DNA of 63,177 bases, filler included, from Candidatus Nezhaarchaeota archaeon WYZ-LMO8 (lineage in GTDB: Archaea > Thermoproteota > Methanomethylicia > Nezhaarchaeales > WYZ-LMO8): the NCBI GenBank assembly GCA_004347965.1. It is 4 parts of 4 records of this genome, joined end to end, with 100 filler letters (N's around TTAATTAATTAA, not from the genome) between each part and the next. Parts side by side here need not be neighbours in the genome. Positions count along the whole stretch, not along the records: positions 1 to 19,713 come from QNVF01000023.1; positions 19,814 to 39,164 come from QNVF01000024.1; 2 more parts are not named here. One strand, given 5' to 3'. The position numbers and the translations under genes are program-made. Below, piece after piece: positions 18,650 through 32,899 of this stretch. Position 1 is the stretch's first letter. Every line of letters begins with the position of its first letter. The notes beneath the pieces are model-generated. The model had not been told where the DNA came from. It made no database searches and was given only the letters and a program-made list of their open reading frames with translations.

Positions 18650-19444
18650 ATAAACCACATAGTAGTAACCGAGGTCCAATGTAGAAGTGCTCTATCTAAA
18701 AGCGGCATATACGGTGTGGACTACTCCTTAAACCCCTATTTTGGTTGTGTACACTCATGTGTTTACTGCTATGTCCCTAGGTTGATGCCCAATAGGCTTG
18801 GAGGAAGGGTTTGGGGTAGCTTCGTCGAGGTTAAAGTTAATATGCCAAGGGTCTTGACCAGGGAGCTTAAGCGCATAAACAGGGGAGTTGTATTAGTTAG
18901 CAGCATAACGGATCCGTACCAGCCAGTGGAGCGACGATACGAGCTGACAAGGAAGTGCATTGAATTGCTATCTTCAAGCAAGCTTGAGGTTACAGTACTG
19001 ACTAAGTCAACGCTCTTTAAGAGGGACTTGGACTCCATGGACAAGGAGAAGTTCGAGTTAGGAGTAACAGTTACAACCATTCAAGCACACAGAGAGCTGG
19101 AGCCTCTATCAGACCATCCCATAGCTAGGCTGGAGGCGTTAAAGGAGGCTTCCCAAGAAGGCTTCAAGACCTTCCTCTTCTTAGGACCTCTAATACCCGG
19201 AGTGGTTGATGAGGAAATTGATGAGATAGTCGAACTAGCATACAGCAGTGGAGTGAGCTACATCATAGTGGACAAGCTCAACGTAAAGGGTGACGTAGTT
19301 CAATCAATAATGAGTACCTTGAACAAAAGCCATCTGAACAAATTCGTCAACGCCATTTATGACAAAAGCTGGCTTAGAAACATCAAGGAGAAGATAATCG
19401 AAATCTGCAAAAGGTTTCACATCCCCTGTGACTTCTGCTTTTAG
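18650..19444 (+). CDS. Radical SAM protein, spore photoproduct lyase-like (Rv2578c/SPL family)
   Basis: NPY.GC.HSCVYCY, SSITDPYQP.E, LTKS; conserved-looking N-terminus (EVQCRSALSKSG) lies upstream of the first canonical start (GTG 18716), so the start is placed at ATA 18650. Confidence 0.85.
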   Translation: MNHIVVTEVQCRSALSKSGIYGVDYSLNPYFGCVHSCVYCYVPRLMPNRLGGRVWGSFVEVKVNMPRVLTRELKRINRGVVLVSSITDPYQPVERRYELTRKCIELLSSSKLEVTVLTKSTLFKRDLDSMDKEKFELGVTVTTIQAHRELEPLSDHPIARLEALKEASQEGFKTFLFLGPLIPGVVDEEIDEIVELAYSSGVSYIIVDKLNVKGDVVQSIMSTLNKSHLNKFVNAIYDKSWLRNIKEKIIEICKRFHIPCDFCF

Positions 19445-19483
19445 GTTGAAAAAAGTTATCTTGGTGAGAGAGTTAGAGTTTAT

Positions 19484-19543
19484 TGGGCGATGAATTAAAG
19501 CGCCTTGCTGATGAATGATGAACGTGGAGTACCCATGAGCCCA
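19484..19543 (+). ncRNA. Box C/D guide sRNA candidate
   Basis: GCGATGA (C), 14-nt guide, CTGA (D', 19508-11), ATGATGA (C', 19515-21), 13-nt guide, ATGA (D); terminal TGGGC/GCCCA stem. Confidence 0.75.
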
Positions 19544-19713
19544 TAGCGTCGCAAAAATTTAAGGTGATGAAGAAGGCTACTAATTAGGGGATAAGAGAGT
19601 GAAATTGTATTAGTAACCTTCTTGCTAATAATGGCTGTAGATTCGATGTTTTTGCATAGAGACTTACCGAGCAACATAACACCAAGTGTAAATGATTCAA
19701 GAAGCATTTAAAG

Positions 19714-19813
19714 NNNNNNNNNNNNNNNNNNNNNNNNNNNNNNNNNNNNNNNNNNNNTTAATTAATTAANNNNNNNNNNNNNNNNNNNNNNNNNNNNNNN
19801 NNNNNNNNNNNNN
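19714..19813. other. Artificial contig linker
   Basis: 44 N + TTAATTAATTAA (stops in all six frames) + 44 N. Confidence 0.97.
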
Positions 19814-19928
19814 AAAAAATGTTAAGAAAATGTGAGGTAAAAGTTTATTTATCACTTCTTTCACACTTTCGTTTTCGCTAACTGTGAAACTACCTTATGT
19901 AATAAGTTGATTAAATTTTGGGGGTTAA

Positions 19929-20171
19929 ATGTTGAAGAAGAAGTTCACGATTTTAGATCACGAATTAGTTCCAAAGCACATTCTCCTAACTAAAGAGGAG
20001 AAAAAGCAATTATTAGAACAGCTTAAGATTAGACCAGAGCAATTGCCATGGATAAGAGCTTCTGATCCTGTCGCTAAGTTAATAGGTGCAAAACCGGGAG
20101 ACATAGTTAAGATCGTAAGGAAGAGCCCAACTGCGGGGGAAGCAATAGCTTATAGGTTTGTCGTTCCATAA
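19929..20171 (+). CDS. rpoH: RNA polymerase subunit H (Rpo5)
   Basis: [25 protein letters not shown]. Confidence 0.97.
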   Translation: MLKKKFTILDHELVPKHILLTKEEKKQLLEQLKIRPEQLPWIRASDPVAKLIGAKPGDIVKIVRKSPTAGEAIAYRFVVP

Positions 20172-20174
20172 GAG

Positions 20175-23100
20175 GTGATGTGCATTCTAACTATCGGGGA
20201 TAGATGGGATCTAATAAGATGCTACATTAAGGAGAATGGTTTAACTAAGCAACACTTAGCATCCTACAATGAGTTTGTCACGCACGGAATACAGAAAATA
20301 GTCTACGAATTTGGAGGAATTGAGGCGAGAGACATCAAGATAAGATTTGATAAGGTTCATATAGGCTCGCCTATGGTTAAGGAAGCTGATGGCTCTGAGC
20401 GAAGCATACTGCCTATGGAGGCTAGACTTAGAAATCTCACCTACGCTGGGCCTCTCTATGTAACGGTGACCAAGTATGTCAATGGCGTGCGTGAAGGAAC
20501 CACAAAGGTCTTTATCGGCTACTTTCCAGTAATGGTTAAGTCGGTATTATGCCCACTATCAAAGATGAGTGGAGAAGAGCTTGTAATTAATGGCGAGGAT
20601 CCAAAGGATCCTGGAGGTTACTTCATAATTAATGGCTCAGAGAGAGTTCTTGTAGCACAGGAGGATTTAGCAACTAACCATGTTTTAGTGGATGTTCTTG
20701 AGGGTAGCTCTAATGTAACTCATGTAGCTAAAGTGCTATCTTCAACCGCTGGACTTAGAATACCAACTTCCATAGAAAGATTAAAGGATGGAACCCTCCA
20801 CGTAGTAATACCCTCTGTTGCTAGTAGAATACCTCTATTCATTATGATGCGAGCTTTAGGTCTTGAAAGTGATAAGGAGATAGTTGAAGCCATAACTTGG
20901 GATCCAGAGATAGAGGTTGAGCTTTTACCGTCATTAGAAGCGGCAAGCGACGTCCCCACGGTTGAAGATGCCCTTGACTACATAGGCGGTAAGATAATGT
21001 TCGGACAGCCTAGACAGAAGAGAATTGAGAGAGCTGAACTTGTCATTGATAAGTACTTCTTACCTCACTTAGGTTCAAAACCTGAAGATAGAATTAAAAA
21101 AGCTTATTTCCTGGGACAAATGACTGAGAAGCTGCTTGAGCTGGTTCTCGGTAGGAGGAAGCCTGACGATAAGGATCACTATGCAAATAAGAGGTTGAGA
21201 CTTGCAGGAGATCTCCTAGCAAGCTTATTTAGGGTTGCATTCAAGAGGTTCTGCCAAGATCTACAGTATCAGCTTGAGAGGATATGGGATACGGGAAAAG
21301 CTATTTACGTTGAAAACTTAGCAAGAGCTGACTTGATAACTGAAAGGCTGCGCCATGCATTAGCGACGGGCAACTGGACTGGGGGCAAGGTTGGGGTTAG
21401 CCAGCTTCTAGATAGAACTAACTACTTGTCAACGCTAAGCCATCTTAGAAGAGTGGTATCTCCATTAAGTCGAGGTCAACCTCACTTTGAAGCTCGCGAC
21501 CTTCATGCAACGCAGTGGGGTAGGATCTGTCCGAACGAGTCGCCTGAAGGACCTAATTGCGGTCTCGTTAAGAACTTGTCATTAATGGCACGAATAACTG
21601 TAGGCATTAATGAGGCCGAGATAGAGACTAAGCTTTACGAGCTCGGTTTAATTCCAATACAGAGAGCTATAAAAGAGGAGAGAGCAAAGTCAGAGCATGA
21701 GAGGATTAAGAGGCCGAAGGTCTTTCTCAACGGTAGGCTCGTAGGTGTGCACGATGACCCTCACTTCTTAGTCAACCGTATAAGAGAGGATAGAAGAAGA
21801 GGTGCGATAAGTCCTGAAGTTAACGTAGCTTACATAGAAACAGAGTACATAAAGGAAGTGTACGTGAATTGTGATGGCGGTCGGATCGTTAGACCGCTAA
21901 TAGTGGTCAAAGATGGTAAGCCTCTTGTTACTAAAGAGCATGTGGAGAAGCTAAGGCGAGGAGAATGGACATGGAAGGACTTTATAGAGAGAGGACTCAT
22001 CGAGTACTTGGATCCTATGGAGGAGGAGAACGCTTACATAGCTTTAAACCCTGAAGACATAACACCTGAGCATACGCATCTCGAGATCATGCCCACAGCA
22101 ATATTCGGTGTTTGTGCTGGGATAATACCTTATGCTGAGCATAATCAATCACCAAGAAACTCCTACGAAGCTGCCATGGCAAAGCAAGCTTTAGGGCTTT
22201 CCTGTGCTAACATGCTATTAAGAATGGATTCTCGAGGGCACTTCCTACATTACCCTCAAAAACCACTTGCTCAGACTAGACTATTAGAAATAATAGGGTA
22301 TAATGATAGACCAGCAGGTCAAAACATGATAGTGGCTGTACTAACACTCACAGGGTACAACATTGAAGACGCCTTAGTGTTTAGCCGTGCAGCAGTTGAT
22401 AGAGGGTTGGCAAGATCAACGTTCTTCAGGACATATGAGGCAGAAGAGAGAAGGTATCCGGGAGGAGAAGAGGATAGAATTGAGCGCCCTCCCCCTAACG
22501 TTAGGGGGTATAGGGCTGGCGAGGTTTATAGACATCTAGGCGAAGACGGCATAGTTGAGGTGGAAGCTCAAGTACGTGGTGGAGACGTCTTAATAGGGAG
22601 AACTAGCCCGCCAAGATTCATGGGCGAGTACAGAGAGTTTGAAGTTTCAGGCAGAATTAGGCGGGAGACCTCTATAGACATGAGACATGGAGAGACAGGT
22701 ATTGTGGATGCAGTTCTAATAACTGAGTCAAGCGAGGGGAATAGGCTTGTTAAGGTTAGAGTGAGAGATTTACGAGTACCGGAGCTTGGTGATAAGTTTG
22801 CTTCGAGACACGGTCAGAAGGGGGTTATAGGGCTTCTGCTTCCACACGAAGATCTACCGTTCACAGAAGATGGCATAGTACCTGACATAATAATCAACCC
22901 GCATGCCTTTCCATCAAGGATGACCATAGGACAGCTAATAGAATCTCTAGCAGGAAAGGTTGCAGCACTAAAGGGATCGTTCATAGATGCCTCCACCTTC
23001 TATGGAATGAAAGAATCTGAGCTTAGAGAAGAGTTAAGGAAGTTAGGTTACAGTCCTACTTGTTGTGAAATTATGTACGATGGAATAACAGGAGAAATGT

Positions 23101-23516
23101 ATAAAGTCCCAATTTTCATAGGTGTAGTGTACTATCAAAAGCTGCACCACATGGTTGCAGACAAGATGCATGCAAGAGCCAGAGGACCTGTTCAAATACT
23201 CACTAGGCAACCAACTGAGGGTAGAGCAAGAGAGGGAGGTTTAAGGTTTGGAGAGATGGAGAGGGACTGCCTAATCGCTCATGGTGCTGCAGCTCTATTA
23301 AGAGATCGTCTCCTCGAGGAGTCTGATAGAACTACTGTTTACATATGTGAAAATTGTGGGATGATAGCATGTTATGATGCCATAAGTGACAAATACAAGT
23401 GCCCACTGTGCGAAGAGAAGGCTAAAATCGCTCAAGTAACCATGTCCTACGCGTTTAAGCTTCTCCTTCAAGAGCTTATGAGCCTAGGAATATATCCGAA
23501 GCTTAAGGTGGATTAG
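20175..23516 (+). CDS. rpoB: RNA polymerase subunit B (Rpo2), unsplit
   Basis: GGYFIINGSE, GDKFASRHGQKG, SRMT.GQ, KLHHMVADK, GLRFGEMERD; exact start uncertain. Confidence 0.98.
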   Translation: MMCILTIGDRWDLIRCYIKENGLTKQHLASYNEFVTHGIQKIVYEFGGIEARDIKIRFDKVHIGSPMVKEADGSERSILPMEARLRNLTYAGPLYVTVTKYVNGVREGTTKVFIGYFPVMVKSVLCPLSKMSGEELVINGEDPKDPGGYFIINGSERVLVAQEDLATNHVLVDVLEGSSNVTHVAKVLSSTAGLRIPTSIERLKDGTLHVVIPSVASRIPLFIMMRALGLESDKEIVEAITWDPEIEVELLPSLEAASDVPTVEDALDYIGGKIMFGQPRQKRIERAELVIDKYFLPHLGSKPEDRIKKAYFLGQMTEKLLELVLGRRKPDDKDHYANKRLRLAGDLLASLFRVAFKRFCQDLQYQLERIWDTGKAIYVENLARADLITERLRHALATGNWTGGKVGVSQLLDRTNYLSTLSHLRRVVSPLSRGQPHFEARDLHATQWGRICPNESPEGPNCGLVKNLSLMARITVGINEAEIETKLYELGLIPIQRAIKEERAKSEHERIKRPKVFLNGRLVGVHDDPHFLVNRIREDRRRGAISPEVNVAYIETEYIKEVYVNCDGGRIVRPLIVVKDGKPLVTKEHVEKLRRGEWTWKDFIERGLIEYLDPMEEENAYIALNPEDITPEHTHLEIMPTAIFGVCAGIIPYAEHNQSPRNSYEAAMAKQALGLSCANMLLRMDSRGHFLHYPQKPLAQTRLLEIIGYNDRPAGQNMIVAVLTLTGYNIEDALVFSRAAVDRGLARSTFFRTYEAEERRYPGGEEDRIERPPPNVRGYRAGEVYRHLGEDGIVEVEAQVRGGDVLIGRTSPPRFMGEYREFEVSGRIRRETSIDMRHGETGIVDAVLITESSEGNRLVKVRVRDLRVPELGDKFASRHGQKGVIGLLLPHEDLPFTEDGIVPDIIINPHAFPSRMTIGQLIESLAGKVAALKGSFIDASTFYGMKESELREELRKLGYSPTCCEIMYDGITGEMYKVPIFIGVVYYQKLHHMVADKMHARARGPVQILTRQPTEGRAREGGLRFGEMERDCLIAHGAAALLRDRLLEESDRTTVYICENCGMIACYDAISDKYKCPLCEEKAKIAQVTMSYAFKLLLQELMSLGIYPKLKVD

Positions 23517-23519
23517 AAA

Positions 23520-27406
<3,887 letters not shown>

Positions 27407-27407
27407 C

Positions 27408-27710
27408 ATGGTAAGCTTAGATAGAGAACTCAAGGTTGCATTAAAAACGGGGAAGGTGGTGTTTGGAAGCAAAGAAGTTTTAAAATTAATAGGCAGAGGC
27501 TTAGGTAAGTTAGCAATTGTCGCTTCAAACTGCCCCAACTTCATTAAGCAACAAATAGATTATTACGCCAAGCTATCTCAAATTCCTGTCTATCGTGCCC
27601 CCTATACGAGTCAAGAGTTAGGAGAAATGTGTCAAAGGGGACATGCTATCTCGTCATTATTGGTACTAGAAGAGGGGGAATCCGAAATCTTAAAGCTTAT
27701 AGAGCAATAG
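27408..27710 (+). CDS. rpl30e: 50S ribosomal protein L30e
   Basis: L..ALKTGKV..G, IVASNCP, ELG; start moved to ATG 27408. Confidence 0.95.
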   Translation: MVSLDRELKVALKTGKVVFGSKEVLKLIGRGLGKLAIVASNCPNFIKQQIDYYAKLSQIPVYRAPYTSQELGEMCQRGHAISSLLVLEEGESEILKLIEQ

Positions 27711-27719
27711 GGTGGTAAC

Positions 27720-28154
27720 GTGCCCAACATACGACTATCCGACGAGGAGATGAGGTACATAACACTCTTCGAAAGCATATCGGGTGCTACTGCCAAGGAC
27801 TGCATAATAGACAACAACACTAACAGGGTAATCTTCATAATAAAGAAGGGAGAGATGGGGATGGCTATAGGGAAGAATGGCGTAAACATTAAGAGGGCAA
27901 CGAAGCTCATAGGGAGACCTGTTGAAGTGGTGGAGTCAGGTGATACTCCAGAAGAACTCATTAGAAACGCGCTATTCCCAGCTAAAATTCATGCAGTAAA
28001 GATAACTAGAGATGCTTTCGGCAGATTAGTTGCACATGTTGCGGTGGATCCAAAGGATAAGGGGTTAGCAATAGGGCGTGAGGGCATGAGGATTCAGAGA
28101 GCAAGATTACTGGCTAAGAGGTACTTTGATATCGATGTAGTAGTAGTAAAGTGA
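27720..28154 (+). CDS. nusA: Archaeal NusA
   Basis: FESISGATAKDC, two KH motifs (AIGKNG, AIGREG). Confidence 0.95.
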   Translation: MPNIRLSDEEMRYITLFESISGATAKDCIIDNNTNRVIFIIKKGEMGMAIGKNGVNIKRATKLIGRPVEVVESGDTPEELIRNALFPAKIHAVKITRDAFGRLVAHVAVDPKDKGLAIGREGMRIQRARLLAKRYFDIDVVVVK

Positions 28155-28228
28155 TCAGTTGATGGAGCAAAACAAATATATCAAGCCATCCTTACGTCTA
28201 CTTCAACCTCTAGAAACTGGTGGATAAC

Positions 28229-28669
28229 ATGGGGGGTAAGTCGCCTAAAGGGCTCTTCGCAGCTAGAAGGCTAGTACAAAAAAGGAAGAAGTTTAGATGG
28301 AGTCAGCGAGAGTACAAGAGAAGAATGTTGCGGTTAGATGAGAAGGTAGATCCTCTTGAAGGTGCTCCGATGGCTAGAGGTATAGTTCTCGAAAAGGTTG
28401 GCATTGAAAGTAGACAACCAAACTCGGCTGTTAGAAAGTGTGTGAGAGTTCAACTGATAAAGAATGGTAAGCAAGTAACCGCCTTCGTTCCGGGAGATGG
28501 AGCATTAAACTACATAAATGAGCACGATGAAGTCATAATAGCTAGAATAGGTGGACCTCAAGGAAAGTCTCTTGGCGATATCCCTGGAGTCAAGTTTCAA
28601 GTCATAAAGGTTAATGGTGTCAGTCTCAAAGCTATCTTACAGGGCAAAAAGACTAAACCCACGAGGTAG
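28229..28669 (+). CDS. rps12: 30S ribosomal protein S12
   Basis: [20 protein letters not shown]. Confidence 0.97.
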   Translation: MGGKSPKGLFAARRLVQKRKKFRWSQREYKRRMLRLDEKVDPLEGAPMARGIVLEKVGIESRQPNSAVRKCVRVQLIKNGKQVTAFVPGDGALNYINEHDEVIIARIGGPQGKSLGDIPGVKFQVIKVNGVSLKAILQGKKTKPTR

Positions 28670-28674
28670 AGAAC

Positions 28675-29307
28675 TTGCCACGAAAAACGGCAAAAGCTAG
28701 AGAGGAAAAAGAGGTTGAATCATTAAAGGTTGGCGTAGAACCTACGGAAATTAAGCTTTTTGGTAAATGGACCTTTCATGATGTGGAGATTAAGGACCCT
28801 GGATTAAAGAGGTATGTATGCTTAAAACCGATTTTCCTCCCACATACTGAGGGTAGACATGAACATAAAAGATTCGGCAAAGCTGACGTTCCTATAGTAG
28901 AGAGACTTATAAACAATCTAATGAAGCCCGGTAAAAATGCTGGGAAAAAGATATTAGCCATGAATATTGTTAAGAACGCTTTTGAAATAGTTCATTTAAA
29001 GACTGGTAAGAATCCCATTCAAGTACTTGTTGAAGCAATAGAAAAGGCTGGACCAAGAGAGGAGACTACGAGGATAGCGTATGGTGGGATAGTCTATCAT
29101 CAGTCGGTCGACGTTTCACCTCAAAGAAGAGTGGATTTAGCATTGAGATGGTTGACAGAGGGCGCTAGGTTAGCATCATTCAGCAATCCTAAGACTATAG
29201 ATGAGTGCTTGGCTGATGAAATCATAGCTGCTGCTCAAGGTGACCCGAAGAGCTACGCTATAGCAAAGAAGGATGAGATAGAAAGGATAGCAATGTCCTC
29301 TAGGTAA
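28675..29307 (+). CDS. rps7: 30S ribosomal protein S7
   Basis: [24 protein letters not shown]. Confidence 0.97.
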   Translation: MPRKTAKAREEKEVESLKVGVEPTEIKLFGKWTFHDVEIKDPGLKRYVCLKPIFLPHTEGRHEHKRFGKADVPIVERLINNLMKPGKNAGKKILAMNIVKNAFEIVHLKTGKNPIQVLVEAIEKAGPREETTRIAYGGIVYHQSVDVSPQRRVDLALRWLTEGARLASFSNPKTIDECLADEIIAAAQGDPKSYAIAKKDEIERIAMSSR

Positions 29308-29446
29308 TGCTAACCGAGAGAAGCTAGTAGTGATGAGTGAGGGTAGAGGATACTCAAAATAAGAGGTAAAGTTCTGTTAGTGAAAAGCTTATTAAAGGGG
29401 TTTAAATCTGGAGTTTACGCTAAGAGGTAATTAAGGTGGTGTAGAA

Positions 29447-30751
29447 ATGTCAGCAGAGAAAGAGCATCTAAACCTAGTGGTTATAGGGCACGTAGATCAT
29501 GGAAAGTCAACGCTAGTAGGACATCTGTTGTACTTATTGGGGCAAGTAGATGAGAGAAAATTGAGAGAGATAGAGGAAGAAGCAAAGAAAATGGGGAAAG
29601 AGAGCTTTAAGTTTGCTTGGATATTGGATACGTACAAAGAAGAGAGGGAGAGAGGTCTAACAATAGACTTATCGTTCTACAAGATTGAAACTAGGAAATA
29701 CGTCTTTACACTTATAGACTGCCCAGGCCATAGAGACTTTATTAAGAACATGGTGACAGGAACATCGCAAGCCGATTGTGCGCTATTAGTAGTTTCAGCT
29801 AAGAAGGGTGAGGCTGAGGCAGGCCTAGGTCCAGCAGGCCAGACGAGAGAGCATGCTTTCTTAGCGAAGACCATGGGTGTAAACCAAATAGTGGTAGCAA
29901 TAAATAAGATGGATGATCCAACCGTTAATTGGAGCCAAGAGAGGTATAACGAGGTCAGAGATTCTGTTTCTAAGATGTTAAGAATGTTTGGATATGATGT
30001 TAGCAAAATACACTTCATCCCGGTTTCAGCATGGCTTGGCGACAACTTAATGGAAAGGAGCAAAAACATGCCATGGTACAAAGGGCTGACAATCCTTGAG
30101 GCATTAGATGAGTTTATACCACCACCAAAGCCCATCGACAAGCCTCTTAGAATACCGATACAAGATGTATACTCAATAACTGGTGTAGGTACTGTTCCCG
30201 TTGGAAGAGTTGAAACTGGAGTCTTGAAAGTCGGGGATACTGTAGTATTCATGCCGGCTAATAAGTCGGGTGAAGTTAGGTCAATAGAGACTCACCACGT
30301 AAGAATTGAGAAAGCTCTTCCGGGCGACAACATAGGCTTCAACGTTAGAGGTGTCTCAAAAACAGATATTAAGCGAGGAGATGTGTGTGGCCATCCCGCT
30401 AATCCGCCAACAGTCGTTGAGAGCTTTGTTGGGAGGATATTCGTCTTGTACCATCCCACTGCCATAGCTAAAGGCTATACACCAGTAGTCCACGCACATA
30501 CTGCTAGCGTTGCATGTAAATTCGATGATCTGCTACAGAAAATAGATCCTAGAACCGGGGCCGTTGTAGAGGAGAAGCCGCAGTTCATAAAGCAGGGTGA
30601 TGCTGCAATTGTAAGGCTTAAGCCGATAAAGCCATTATGCATCGAGAAATACTCAGAGATACCTCAGCTTGGTAGATTTGCCATTAGAGACATGGGTAGA
30701 ACCATAGCAGCTGGAATAGTGATCGACGTTACCCCAGCTAAGGTCCCTTAA
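29447..30751 (+). CDS. tuf: Elongation factor 1-alpha
   Basis: GHVDHGKST, ERERGLTI, DCPGHRDF, NKMD, GRFAIRDMG. Confidence 0.98.
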   Translation: MSAEKEHLNLVVIGHVDHGKSTLVGHLLYLLGQVDERKLREIEEEAKKMGKESFKFAWILDTYKEERERGLTIDLSFYKIETRKYVFTLIDCPGHRDFIKNMVTGTSQADCALLVVSAKKGEAEAGLGPAGQTREHAFLAKTMGVNQIVVAINKMDDPTVNWSQERYNEVRDSVSKMLRMFGYDVSKIHFIPVSAWLGDNLMERSKNMPWYKGLTILEALDEFIPPPKPIDKPLRIPIQDVYSITGVGTVPVGRVETGVLKVGDTVVFMPANKSGEVRSIETHHVRIEKALPGDNIGFNVRGVSKTDIKRGDVCGHPANPPTVVESFVGRIFVLYHPTAIAKGYTPVVHAHTASVACKFDDLLQKIDPRTGAVVEEKPQFIKQGDAAIVRLKPIKPLCIEKYSEIPQLGRFAIRDMGRTIAAGIVIDVTPAKVP

Positions 30752-30790
30752 AGGCTTAATAACAAATTTTTATTTTTGAGGTCTAAAATT

Positions 30791-31099
30791 ATGGTGAGAA
30801 GGGCTAGAATAAGGCTTTCAAGTCCAAGCTTAGATGATTTGCAACGTGTATGCGAAGAAATAAAGTCGATTTCGCAAAAGACAGGCGTAAAAATGAGGGG
30901 GCCGATACCACTCCCCACAAAAAAGTTAATTGTGACCACCAGAAAAGCTCCTTCAGGTCAGGGCTCGCACACCTTCGATCACTGGGAAATGAGGGTTCAC
31001 AAAAGACTAATCGACATGGATGCGGAAGATAGAGCATTGAAGTCTTTAATGAGAGTCAGGATACCTGATACTGTTCATATCGAGATAGAGCTAATATAG
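30791..31099 (+). CDS. rps10: 30S ribosomal protein S10
   Basis: [15 protein letters not shown]; start moved to ATG 30791. Confidence 0.97.
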   Translation: MVRRARIRLSSPSLDDLQRVCEEIKSISQKTGVKMRGPIPLPTKKLIVTTRKAPSGQGSHTFDHWEMRVHKRLIDMDAEDRALKSLMRVRIPDTVHIEIELI

Positions 31100-31490
31100 C
31101 TCTTGCATACTCCTCAGCACTCTTAAAAACTTTTAGATCGTTTTGATTTAAGGCTTTAACTATGGCTATCCAGCCTTCATCATATGGCTCTATGTTCACG
31201 ATGCAAGGCTTCTCTCTTAGCCTTTCGTTTACTTCCATCAATTCACAATTTATTGGTGATAGGATTGCAACAACCGCCTTCAAGGATTCCAGCCATACTA
31301 GCGGATTACCTCTCCTTATAGGAGAGTCATTGCCTGGGAAGTTAACGCTGATTATTGTTCCAAGCATCTTCTGCAAGAAATCTGTTACTCCAAGTACTAA
31401 GACGTCTCCTCTGGCTTTAGCCCATACATGGTTTTCAGAATACAAAAGGTTCTTAGGGATAACGTATCCGTCAATGTTTATGTCCCTCAT
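31056..31490 (-). CDS. Glycine cleavage system H-like lipoyl carrier
   Basis: YSENHVW, GVTDF, ESLKA lipoyl-Lys motif, N..PY.EGWI. Confidence 0.85.
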   Translation of the reverse strand: MRDINIDGYVIPKNLLYSENHVWAKARGDVLVLGVTDFLQKMLGTIISVNFPGNDSPIRRGNPLVWLESLKAVVAILSPINCELMEVNERLREKPCIVNIEPYDEGWIAIVKALNQNDLKVFKSAEEYARAILALSRYEQYQVS

Positions 31491-31510
31491 AGATTACAGC
31501 CTAGAAGCTT

Positions 31511-31678
31511 TCATCTCTGCTGTTCTCGTACTTCCACCGATAGAGGACTTTGGCTTAATAGTGAGGAGCACTTAGGGCACTTTCCGCTAAACCTCTTAGC
31601 TATCTCTTTTGGTTGAATAAGATCGTTCCCTTTATAGAGAACGTAGCCACAGCTCGCGCACTTAACTATTTGGGGCAA
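31511..31678 (-). CDS. Small Zn-ribbon protein (55 aa; absent from ORF track)
   Basis: TTG start 6 nt after GGGTG; MPQIVKCASCGYVLYKGNDLIQPKEIAKRFSGKCPKCSSLLSQSPLSVEVREQQR with two CxxC. Confidence 0.8.
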   Translation of the reverse strand: MPQIVKCASCGYVLYKGNDLIQPKEIAKRFSGKCPKCSSLLSQSPLSVEVREQQR

Positions 31679-31764
31679 GGCTGACACCCTACTTTTCTAC
31701 GAGATGCATGCTCATAAGCTTAATTTCTAATTTACTGCATAGAAGTGTTTAAGAAATTAGGTGG

Positions 31765-32733
31765 CTATTGTTTATTAACAGAGTCTCTTATTCCATCCTC
31801 AGTTATCTCAAAAACAGCTTCATCTTCTGGTAGATAAGGAGAGTCTACAAGCTTTGCAATCCTTTTCGAACCTCGTAACCTTCTTAAAAACACTCTTGCC
31901 CCAGGCACATGAAACAAAACGTGGCCTCCAACAGCAGTAGTAGGGTCTCCAAAGACCACATCCGGCTTGGCCATAACTTGGTTTGTTACTACAACTGCTA
32001 TCTCATAGGTGTAAGCTATTCTGGAGAGTGAGTGAAGATGTTTATTTAACTTTTGTTGTCGCATAACTAAAGTTTCTCTTCCAGGATACTCTGCTCTAAA
32101 GAAGCCTGTCACGCTATCAACAACTAGCAGCTTCACGTTCTTCTCATTTATTATGTCTTTTGCATGCTCAACTATTAACATTTGGTGATCTGAGTTGTAA
32201 GCTCTAGCAACTATTATGTTCTTTAGAACCTTGGAAGGGTCTAGTCCCAATCCACGACTCATCGATACTATCCTCTCTGGTCTGAAAGTCCCCTCGCAGT
32301 CTATGTAGATAGCTGAGCCCTCAAGCCCTCCTAAATCCCTTGGTAGTTGAACGTTAACGCATAGTTGATGGCATATCTGAGTCTTTCCAGATCCATATTC
32401 TCCATAGAACTCAGTTATTATCTGAGTTTCAACCCCACCTCCCAATAACTTATCTAAGTTCCTACTTCCAGTAGTTATTCTTGCCACTCTCATTCTCTTC
32501 TCGTAGAGTTCATCTGCTGTCTTGAACCCTAACTCTAAAGCTTCGCGAGCTGCGCTTATGATTTTTTGGCTTGCTGAGAGAGATAAACCCGTAATTGAAG
32601 ATATTTCTTGAGGAAGAGCTACAGCAAGTGCCTCTATGGTACCAAAACCGGCCATCGCTAGCTTATCAGCTATTACAGCGCTTACACCTGGAAGTTCTGT
32701 TAATTCTTTAGGTTTTCTCTGCTTCTCAGACAT
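31765..32733 (-). CDS. radA: DNA repair and recombination protein RadA
   Basis: N-terminal Hh[35 protein letters not shown]. Confidence 0.96.
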   Translation of the reverse strand: MSEKQRKPKELTELPGVSAVIADKLAMAGFGTIEALAVALPQEISSITGLSLSASQKIISAAREALELGFKTADELYEKRMRVARITTGSRNLDKLLGGGVETQIITEFYGEYGSGKTQICHQLCVNVQLPRDLGGLEGSAIYIDCEGTFRPERIVSMSRGLGLDPSKVLKNIIVARAYNSDHQMLIVEHAKDIINEKNVKLLVVDSVTGFFRAEYPGRETLVMRQQKLNKHLHSLSRIAYTYEIAVVVTNQVMAKPDVVFGDPTTAVGGHVLFHVPGARVFLRRLRGSKRIAKLVDSPYLPEDEAVFEITEDGIRDSVNKQ

Positions 32734-32899
32734 CCTATAGCACTTCCAATACTCTCTACGTACTTAAGTAAGTCGGACTTAAATAAGGATTTAAATTACA
32801 GGGATCATTAGTCTAAACACTAGGAGGATGCGCGGAGAGATTGTATAGAGAAAGCTGATGCTTGCTAGCCCTAACAATGTCGCAACCTTGCGCGATCAA

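Noticed and set aside
19714..19813. TTAATTAATTAA palindrome occurring three times (also in 39165-39264 and 57386-57485)
   Set aside because: Identical N-padded six-frame-stop spacer: a concatenation artefact. Neighbourhoods such as cdc48-mcrC are not real.
29316..29350. CCGA...GTGATGA between rps7 and EF1alpha
   Set aside because: No downstream D box or upstream C box; may be chance
29677..30252. 191-aa minus-strand ORF and the many similar Ser/Thr-rich antisense ORFs
   Set aside because: Shadows of well-supported genes on the opposite strand
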